DNA of 22,880 bases. Source: Candidatus Iainarchaeum sp. Lineage in GTDB: Archaea; Iainarchaeota; Iainarchaeia; Iainarchaeales; Iainarchaeaceae. Under the pieces are notes generated by a model, which had not been told where the DNA came from, searched no databases, and saw only the letters and a list, made by a program, of their open reading frames with translations. Both the position numbers and the translations under genes were made by a program. Every line of letters begins with the position of its first letter. Within the stretch, counting starts at the first letter, position 1. The stretch spans positions 1-22,880 of the forward strand of contig JBDRLP010000013.1 in the NCBI GenBank assembly GCA_043812975.1. The letters are read 5' to 3'. Of the stretch, positions 7,052 through 16,500 are shown in pieces.

Positions 7052-9223
7052 TTAGATTGAAAGCCTTGCAATTAAATAAGAAACAATTGCTTCAGCACCC
7101 TGATTTGCATTAACCCCTGTTTTTGTCAGGCCATCAAAACAACCGCCAGTTGATTCATCATAAACCATCTGATTGTGGGAGTTCTTTCCTAAAAACCAGT
7201 CAAATGCATTCCTTGCCTTTTTCAAATAATTTTGATTTCCTGTTTTTTCATATGCTTTTACAAAAGCAGTTGTCATTTCCGCTGCTTCAATTGGCTGCTG
7301 ATCAAAAAAGCCTCGGTCTTCATTTTTAACAAACCATTTTTCTTGTCCAATCGGAACAAACTTTCCTTTAATGAATAAAGTGTTAGTCAGAAAATCTATT
7401 GAGTCTTTAGCAATTTCTGCAACCTTTTTGTTTTCGAAATGGTCTTGTGCCACAAACAATGCTTCAGGTAGCCTGCTGTTCCCATAAGTGAGGTATTCCT
7501 CAAACCAGTTCCAGCCATCTGAGCTTACATTTTCATACTTTGAAACTAAAGAATCAAGCATTTCCTCTTTCATCCCGTTCCATTCTGGTATATGATTGTT
7601 TGAATTAATAATTCCAATTAGTGAGTCTGCCTGTGCCCTTGGTGAAATAATTCCTGGGCTTTGGCTTGCTGTTTTTTCCAGGATTTTTTTTGCACGTAAC
7701 CTGTAAGTTTCAGGCAGGTTGCTGTTAAGTGCAGTTCCTACTCCTAATAAAGTTCTTCCGAAAGAGTCCTCGCTTCCAACATCATCTGTAAATTCACGGT
7801 TTTCATCCAGAATATTATGAAATCTTCCGTCATTTATTTGGCATTTTTCAATAAAATTCAGGAAAGTGTCAGTAAATTTAAGCATTCTTTTCGAACCATA
7901 TTTTTCATACCCTTTTGTTGCAACAATCAATGCTCTTGCATTATCATCAAGAGTATAACCGCTTTTGATGTCTGGAGTTGAATAATCTGAAAACTGGATT
8001 ATTCCAAAATCATCAGTCATTTTTGTAAAGTGTTTAAAACTGATTCTTGGAAGTTTTGAATAGGTCTCAGCTTCTATTCCGGTGATGTCCAGAAAGGTAT
8101 TGAAATACTTTGTTGATACATTTGCCCAGGTCATTTTTCTGCTGTACTCAAAAGCATTCTTCTCAAGTTTTTTTCTTAAATCATCCGATGCCAGCATATT
8201 ATTAACCTGCTTTGCAAAACTTTTGCCGCTGTTACGCTTAACCAAAATTCCCCGGTCATCCGCCAAAACTTCCTCGTTGTATTTGTTCTTTGACGCTATT
8301 ATTGGTTTACCAGCACCCATTGCATAACTCACTGTGCCACTGCAAATCTGTTTAATGTCAAGTGATGGTGCTAAATAAACATCAGCCATTTTCAGAAATT
8401 CAGTGATTTCCTGTAAAGTTAAGTATTTGTCAACAAATTTCACATTTTTTTCAACATTATTTTTTATTGCTAATTCTTTCAGTTCCTGTCTGTAACTTTC
8501 TCCTTCATCAAGCCTGACTTTGGGGTGGGTTTGTCCAACTATTAAGTAAACAACATTCTTGTTTTGTTTTACTATTTCAGGCATTGCTCTTATCGTATGT
8601 TCAACACCTTTACCCCTGCTAAGCAAACCAAAAGTAAGCAAAATAGTTTTTCCTTCAAAACCCATTTGCTTTTTCAGTTTATCTTTTTCCTTAAAACCAA
8701 TGTTTGGTGCTCCATGAGGGATAACCACTAGTTTTTCTGCATCAACCCCATAGTCATTTGTAAGAATTTCTTTAGCATTTTCAGTCATTACAACAACCTT
8801 GTCGCTGTACTCAAAAATTTTCTGTACAACCATTTTCATTTCAGGTTCAGGATCCTCAAGGACTGTATGAAGTGTTGTAACAATTTTTTTGTTAGTTAAT
8901 TCCATTAACCTTAGGATGTGCTCCCCATGGTCGCCTCCGAACAAGCCAAATTCGTGTTGTATATTTACCAGTGAAATCCCTTTCATTGAATTGATTTTTT
9001 CAGCTGCCTTTTCATAACTTTTAATATCCTGTTCAACAAGATTGAATACTACTTTTTTCCCGTAATTGTAAAGGCTTGAATTGTCTTCATTAATTGCAAT
9101 TATTTTTGCAAGTGCTTCTTTTCCAAATTTTTTCTGTATATTGTCAGAGACATCTCTGGTAAAAGTAGCTAACCCGCATTCTCTTGGGGGGTATGATGAT
9201 AAATACAAAATCTTATTTGACAA
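7052..9223 (-). CDS. Glycosyltransferase family 4 fused to an uncharacterised C-terminal helical (probable alpha/alpha barrel) domain
   Basis: TTG start supported by GAGGTG 5 nt upstream (9229-9234). GT4 part: SYPPRECGLATFT, QHEFGLFGG, TFGLLSRGKG, SGTVSYAMGAG. C-terminal part: GYTLDDNARAL, EDSFGR, WFEEYLTYGN, FDQQPIEA, NQGAEA. Confidence 0.88.
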   Translation of the reverse strand: MSNKILYLSSYPPRECGLATFTRDVSDNIQKKFGKEALAKIIAINEDNSSLYNYGKKVVFNLVEQDIKSYEKAAEKINSMKGISLVNIQHEFGLFGGDHGEHILRLMELTNKKIVTTLHTVLEDPEPEMKMVVQKIFEYSDKVVVMTENAKEILTNDYGVDAEKLVVIPHGAPNIGFKEKDKLKKQMGFEGKTILLTFGLLSRGKGVEHTIRAMPEIVKQNKNVVYLIVGQTHPKVRLDEGESYRQELKELAIKNNVEKNVKFVDKYLTLQEITEFLKMADVYLAPSLDIKQICSGTVSYAMGAGKPIIASKNKYNEEVLADDRGILVKRNSGKSFAKQVNNMLASDDLRKKLEKNAFEYSRKMTWANVSTKYFNTFLDITGIEAETYSKLPRISFKHFTKMTDDFGIIQFSDYSTPDIKSGYTLDDNARALIVATKGYEKYGSKRMLKFTDTFLNFIEKCQINDGRFHNILDENREFTDDVGSEDSFGRTLLGVGTALNSNLPETYRLRAKKILEKTASQSPGIISPRAQADSLIGIINSNNHIPEWNGMKEEMLDSLVSKYENVSSDGWNWFEEYLTYGNSRLPEALFVAQDHFENKKVAEIAKDSIDFLTNTLFIKGKFVPIGQEKWFVKNEDRGFFDQQPIEAAEMTTAFVKAYEKTGNQNYLKKARNAFDWFLGKNSHNQMVYDESTGGCFDGLTKTGVNANQGAEAIVSYLIARLSI

Positions 9224-9318
9224 TCCCGCACCTCAAAAGTTTTGCTCAAAAAAAACTTTATTGTAATATAATTATGTGTGTTTAAATTATATTAAATGAT
9301 TTGTAAGCGAATTTGAAC

Positions 9319-10407
9319 TTATTTCAGAGAGTTTAGTATGTCTTCGAGTTTAATTTTTCTCACGGACGTGTTTGAGTCACCTTCGCCGCTGTAAATCAAA
9401 AGGTCTTTTTTGTTAAGTGACTGCATAACCGTGCTTGGAAAAGTTACATTATCATTGAAAGCTTCTTTAGTTTCCAGTTTTTTATCAGGCATAAACAAAG
9501 GATTCTTCACAGGGGTTTGTCCGACAATTTTTTCAGGGTTTTTAAGATCAAAAAGAATTGCACCTGCACTGTAAACCTTGTCAGAATCAGGATTATTCTT
9601 ATTTTTGAGCTGAACTCCGTGATAAATTTCAAGCCAGCCTTCACTTGTCTTTATCGGTACTGAACCTGCCCCTATTCTTAAATGATCCCAGCCTTGCTTT
9701 CTTGGCCCCAATAAAGGTTTATCTCTTCCCCAAAAAATTAAGTCTTTTGAATACGAAATCCAGATTCTTGGTTTGTCAAAAACCATTGTTCCTTCAGGTC
9801 TGTTCATTGCAACATAGTAACCATTAATTTTTTCAGGATAAATCACAACATCTTTATTCTGCTGTCTGAAAATTATTCCGTGTCTTTTCCAATTATTAAA
9901 ATTTTTTGTTGTTGCTAATGAAGTTGAAACCCCGCTGTAAGTAGAAACAGAAACATAAGTCATTGCGTATCTTTTTTCTTTTTTTAAGTGAGTAACTCTT
10001 GGGTCTTCTACTCCAAAATCACCGTCATCTTTCAATCCATAAAAATCAGGTTTTTTACTAATGCTTTCAACATTCATTCCTTCTTTATCCAGAATTATTT
10101 TTCTTATATGAGAAATTGTAGGAAGCCTCACAATATCATCATCTGTCCTGAAATAATCAGGGCAGAGTGTTAGTTTTTTTCTGTAAGTTTTTTCAACGTG
10201 AAGATTAATTTCTTTGGTGCCGACAAAATGCGGAGCCAGAAAAGTTTTCTCATCGTGATAAGGGGTTTCAGATATTCGTGTGAGAAGCATTATTTTCTTG
10301 TTTGGCAACCTTACCGCTGAAGGATTAAAAGCACCCCTGACCCTAAGGGTTTTTCTAGTGGGGGTAATGTCCTTTGCCTCTACAAGTAATTTAGATTCTA
10401 TTTTCAT
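9319..10407 (-). CDS. GH130 family beta-mannoside phosphorylase-like protein (5-bladed beta-propeller)
   Basis: GAFNPSAV, GVEDPRVT, NKDVVIYPEKING, NRP, IGAGSVPIKTSEGWLEIYHGV, NVTFP. Confidence 0.9.
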   Translation of the reverse strand: MKIESKLLVEAKDITPTRKTLRVRGAFNPSAVRLPNKKIMLLTRISETPYHDEKTFLAPHFVGTKEINLHVEKTYRKKLTLCPDYFRTDDDIVRLPTISHIRKIILDKEGMNVESISKKPDFYGLKDDGDFGVEDPRVTHLKKEKRYAMTYVSVSTYSGVSTSLATTKNFNNWKRHGIIFRQQNKDVVIYPEKINGYYVAMNRPEGTMVFDKPRIWISYSKDLIFWGRDKPLLGPRKQGWDHLRIGAGSVPIKTSEGWLEIYHGVQLKNKNNPDSDKVYSAGAILFDLKNPEKIVGQTPVKNPLFMPDKKLETKEAFNDNVTFPSTVMQSLNKKDLLIYSGEGDSNTSVRKIKLEDILNSLK

Positions 10408-10549
10408 GTAAGCAAAAGGATTTCTCCATATTTATACTTTGCTTTATTTTTGGTGCATTAGTTGAGAATCTAACCACAAGCAGTATGTTTTTATAGTAGA
10501 AGATATTAAGTTTATCAACTTAGTTTTAGTTCTATCAGGGTTTTGTTCG

Positions 10550-13500
10550 ATGGCAGAAAACGGTATATTTGATCAGATAAAACAATTCTATTTATCCATG
10601 GAAGATAAGTATTATGATGTACTTGATAAAATAAACAAAAAAATTCCTATTCTTAAAATAACAGATGCAATTGACAAAGTTTTCCCGAGTTTCCTTTTAC
10701 TATTAATACTGCTTTTTTTATTCTTTATCGCAAGCATTGCAGTTGTTTTTATACTTGTAACTGGGTCTTCAGTAGCAACTATTCATGTTATTGATGATGA
10801 CGGGGATAGTGTTGCTGATGTTTCGGTTGAACTAACGTTTAGTGATGGTACCACCAAAGACCTCAAAACCGATGCTTTTGGACGATTTTCATTCAATTTA
10901 AATGGCGAGGAAGTTGAAATCAATATTGAGGATGAAGAATATGAATCGTTTAATGAAACAGTAACTGTTAGTGCGACTGAGGAAACGGAAATCGTTTTAA
11001 CTAAACTCGGTGCAGCTTCTTCATTATTACAAAAAGCCATTGAAGTTAAGGATTTTGATACCCAAAATCCTCTTACAGGGGCACAAATTTCATTCAGATG
11101 CAGCAATAATCCTGCTTTGGCTCCAAGTTCTATTTATAACGCAGATACTATTGAAAATGTCCTTGTTGACAGTTCATGCGGTATTTTAACAGCAACACTA
11201 AGATTATCGGGTTTTGAAGATGCAACAAGAACTCTCACAGGTCCAAAGACAATTATATTGATGAAGAAAGTATCCCAAGAAACATTTGATTCCAGAGTGA
11301 TAGTTAATGTTACTGCAGAGGATACAGGAGACGCTCTTGTAGGAATGAGTATGGTTCTTTACAAGGACGGAGAAATCCATGCACGAGGCCAATCTGATGC
11401 AACCGGAAGGAAAGTGTTTGATGTAGCTCCAGGCGAATACTATGTGAAAGTAACAGATACTAGTTTCCCAGCAGTGTATTATACGACTGAAAGTGCAAAG
11501 ATTAATGTGCAGGCAGGAGACACTGAAACAATTGCTGTAAAGATGCCTTTAATTACAAGTGATGACCCTGTTGGAAAAATTCAGCTTAAATTTGTTGATA
11601 AAAAATCAGGATCTCCAATTGAGAATGTTCAGGCTGTATTCTTTGAAGATGGTGTTTATAGTGCAGCTCCTCCGAGTAATTCAAGCTCTAAAGGCAGGGT
11701 TGACCTATTCAATGCTGATTTCAATAAATCTTATTCAGTTTCTGCATCACATCCGGATTATATATTCAAAATAACACTTGATTTGCCTGTTATTGCTTTG
11801 AACAACACTGAGGTAAAAGAAATTGAACTTGTCAAGGCTGAATCTCCTGCAAAATTTGGTGACATTATTGTACTGGTCCAAAATGGAGAGGAAACCCCTA
11901 TAAAGGATGCTCAAGTGCACTTGTTTGACAAGGACATTGAATTCTCTATTTTGACAGGAACAACCAATTCTGAGGGAAAAATTACTTTTAAGAATATGCC
12001 TGTAGGTCTTTTCAAAGCTGTTGCAAGTGCAACTGGTCAGGACGGAGAATCACCTTATACTCAGCTGAACTCAGGAGTAAATTTGCTTCTGGAAATAACT
12101 TTGATTTTGCAGAAGGGTACAATAGAGGTTGAGGTTATTGATGGATTTGGAAGGCCGGTTGAAGGTGCAAATGTAAAGTTCGTTGATGAGTTTGCAGGCA
12201 GGCTTACTGATGAAGTGACTGATTCGGAAGGAAAGATAGATCCTCAGGAATTTTATTGGAATTTAAAGCCGTACCTTGAAGTTACAAAAAGCGGTTACTT
12301 GCTATCAAGAACCTCGGCATATGACCTTGCTCCGAAGTCAACGACTGAAGTACAGGTAGTGCTTCGTGAGACAGAGTATATTGACCAGTTAACATGTGTA
12401 AGCAATCAGGACTTGTGTATAGGTCTTGGGTTTAATGCTATTATTGAAAATACTCCGAGAAGAAAAGTAGCAACAATGTTTGAAGAAAATAAACATTACA
12501 TATTGTTGTTTGATGTTTACGTGGGAAAAGATATGGAGGATGTTACTGCTGTTGTAAGAACTGGTTTAGAAGCAGACATGACTGCAGGAGCGTCTAATAT
12601 TGTCATTGAGGGCGGTGCAGGTGCTGGAGAAGCTTCATTTATAAGAGATGACTCTTACAACACTCAGGACAATTATGTTGTAGCAAGTCCCACTAATAAT
12701 GATGGAAAACAGGCTTTGGTTTCATTTGGTGATCTTGCAGCTGGACTTTATAGCTTTGAGGTTGAGATTTTCATAAAACCAAACCAGGAGGATGATGCTG
12801 AAATTGAGATAAGGTATGGGGTTACAGGAGTTTCTGGTAGTACTGACCTTTACGTACCTAATGAAGATGAACTAATATTTTTGTTCTTCCAGTTGAATGA
12901 GCCAATAAGCTGTGATCCTGAAAATGCAGACTGCCCTAATTTTATTTTCAGCGGTTCAATAAGACCTGATGTTGAAGGCGGTGTAGCAAGAGCTCTTGAC
13001 CCTGATGGTATACAAGAGTTAACAATAGGAACTGAGTATGAAATAATACTCAATATAACTTATCTGAATCAAGAGGTGGGTGTGCTTAGTAATGTGTCAA
13101 TGGATGCAACCCATAATTCTAATGCGCTTACAGTAAGTCCTAATCCATTGAGCATTGGCTCCTTGTTGCCGAATTCTCTTACAAGTATAGCATTTACAGT
13201 AACCCCTGAACTTTCTACTGGATTAACAAGCATAGATTTCGAATTAAGTGAAAACCTGCCCGAAAATAGTATTAGTTATGAGTTCAGTATTGCTGAACAG
13301 GAAGCAATGAGTATAAGTGCACACCCCAGACAAATAATAGAGAATACTAGTACCTTTGTCGGAATTGAAGTTACAAGCCCACAGGATAATCCTGTTTCAG
13401 GTGCTGTTGTTGAATGGGCAAGCACTTGGGATGGATTTGACGGAACGAATGTTCTTCCATATACAGATGCGCTTGGAATTACCGGAGTTACTATTCCGCC

Positions 13501-16500
13501 AAGGGATAAAGGCGACCATATTTACTTCAAGGCAACAAGCCCGTACTACAAAGAATCTGATGTACTGGAAGTAAAAGTTGTTGACAGTTCTTCCTTTGAG
13601 CTTTCTCCATTCAGCTTTGCATGTGTTTCAATTACTGATGGTGGAGGATCAGCGTTACAGGATGCTGGTTTAGGTTTTGAAGGAGAATATTTAATCCCTG
13701 TTATCCATGGGAATCAGGCAATATTCGAAATAAACACTTTGAACTGCCCTAAAAATGTTAAAGTTGCCTTGAATGTTGGTACTTCCTCAAGTAATGCTGC
13801 CGGTAGTGATAGTGGAAGAATAACTCTGCGTGACGGTGCAAATATTGAGCTGGGTAATGATTGTGCAAGAACAGAAGAAGGCCCTATTCCTTGTGATGCT
13901 AGAACACTTTCAACTACTGATTCTTTAACAGTAAAAGCACATGCAAATAAACTATTAGGAGAATATGATGTTGAAATAAGGCTAATGTATGAAGGAGACC
14001 CTGGTTATTATCTTACTAATATTGTAAGAATAATTGTTGAGCGTAGTGCAGGAGAACAAACATTCTCAATAAGCAAACCTTACTTTAATATTTTTAATGG
14101 TCCCGATACTGCGGTAATAACAAATAATTCTTTTGTGGATATTGATAACTTCTGGTACCCTAAAGTTGATTTGCCGGCTGACATTATAAGAGAATACAAT
14201 ATTGATCCTGACAGGTATGCAGATATTCCTTCTTCTGCAACAGTAGATTGGACTGTAACACTTGTAGGTACTAAAACCAATACTTCATACTTAACAGTTG
14301 AAAGTGAAGCTGAACCTGCATGTATTGATCATAGGTCTGTTACCTGCCTTGACTGCACATGGTTGTGTTCACAATCTTCAAACACTACTTCGTGTGAAGC
14401 TCCGGCAGGAACTTGCCAGAGAAATGGTATAACATTAAAAATCCCAAATCCTGCGGATGTTACTGCAATAAAGCTTGAAGAAGTATGGTTCGCTCCAGGA
14501 GGAGGCGGAGAAATATTTATTGTTAAATCAGACGGAAGTAAGACACGTATTTACAATAAGACTCCAGAAGGCTGTTCTGCTTCACCAATAGGCAGTGAAA
14601 TTCTTGATTCTGCTTTTGATTTAACTGACATCCTTATTGTTGACGGAGCACAGACCGGAGTTACTTTCGATGTAAAAGCATCTACGGGTGCCGGTTGTAC
14701 TGAACACGCTTATGTTGGCGCAAAAATAAGTATTGACAGTGGCTCAGAACCAATTAACTATACTTTTTCAGACTCAAAAACCATTTCTATAAGCATTGAT
14801 AATGCTGCAGATTCTTATGATCTTGGAACTGTTGACCTTTCAGAAATACCTCCTCTTGACCCAAGCAGTGGTGACTTCATAATTCCAAAAGTAACCACTA
14901 CAAACCCTATGTTTGATGTCTGGCTTGAACAGGGAACAACTTCCCTTACTGTAAAAGGTTTATTTATAGGGTCTACAGAGTATGTAAAATCAAAAGATAT
15001 TGATATTACTGCGAGCAATATCAGCCTGATTGGAAGAGATTATGGTTTGCTGATGGTTGAAGATTATGTTTTACCAACCGGAGACACTGCTGTTGAAACT
15101 TCTCCTTTCAGTTATACGATAACTGTTGCTAATGATGCTGGAGAAGAACTACCAAGACCAAGTACAGCTGAATTTGTAATTCCATATGATGGTGAGGAAC
15201 ATGAATTAACAGGCACTGCCTTGACAGGTGTTGCACATACAATAGAATTACCTTCACTTAGTGGTACAATAGTTTCTTACAGCATTGAAGCTCCTGAAGG
15301 TTCACCAGTGGTTGTTTATTTCAAGGAGGGTGATACAGGAGATCCTGCTTCTGTAATTTTGGGTTCAACTCCGCCAACCAAAGTCTTTGCAAGAACTGCG
15401 TATACGCAGGAATCATCTAACAGTGTTCAAGCAATAATGCTTATTGATACATCAGGAAGTATGGATAATGAATGGGATACTGTATGTGCTGTTTCGGATA
15501 AAATAGAAGCAAACCTGAAAGCCGCAGGATTCGATGTTGATTTCAGTATTTATGGAATGGAAGTAGAAAGAGGATGTGCTACTGGAAAAGTTCAATGGCC
15601 TGCTGACTTCAATATAATTGCTGATGATCCTGTTACTATGGTTACTGCAGACTTTTATGATCATAAAGAAGAAGCATGGGGTGTACTTGGTTACGAGCTT
15701 ATAGATAAATTTGACTGGGATTCAGATTCAAGAAAAATGATTGTAATAATTAGTGACAGTGACCCTACAGGTGTAGGTAGAGAAACAGAATGTGCATTCC
15801 TGTGGTTTGGTTGTACAACCAGGAGTATGTGGAGAGATGGAATTGAAACAAAGGTTGTTAACCAGCTTGTTAAAAAAGCAAATGATAATGGTGTTTCATT
15901 ATTCTTTATTTCGCCTATTGATATGGAATCAAAAACAATGAATAAGATTAGTGATCCTTTGAAGAATGATGCTGAAGAGCTGATGGAATGGGCTGCAAGG
16001 CAGACAGGCGGAGCATGGCAACAATATTCTGCGGAGCCGGACACTGATTTCAGTGTTCAGAGATTTGCATTACTTATAGAAAGATCTCTATATCCTAAAG
16101 ATACAGAATACTTCCATGTGAGAGTTGATGCCGGAAAAGATAATGTGTGTTACGGAGCGAATGATATTACAGGGGTAACAGGTCCAAACGCAATTCCAAA
16201 AATAATTACTTCATGGAGCCGGGATGCTGTTTTAGTAGATTCCTGTGATAAGTATGTGTTTGGCAGCAGAGCTACAGAAAATAATGAAGCCTTTGCTTAT
16301 TGTGATGCTGCTCAGTTTAGTACTGAGATTTTAAAGAAACTTGAAAGATATGAAGATGAAGTAATTGGCAGTGGAGACAGTACTTATGCTTCTGAATATC
16401 TGAATTTTGAGTCTTATTTAATCCGTGATGGTTACACAGCTGATTTTGTTGCTGATTACGGTGAATATATCCAGTCAACTTTCTTTGAAGGCACCACTAC

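Noticed and set aside
2388..10407. Surface polysaccharide or N-glycosylation locus
   Set aside because: No flippase, polymerase, nucleotide-sugar epimerase or membrane GT is present, and catabolic enzymes are intermixed.
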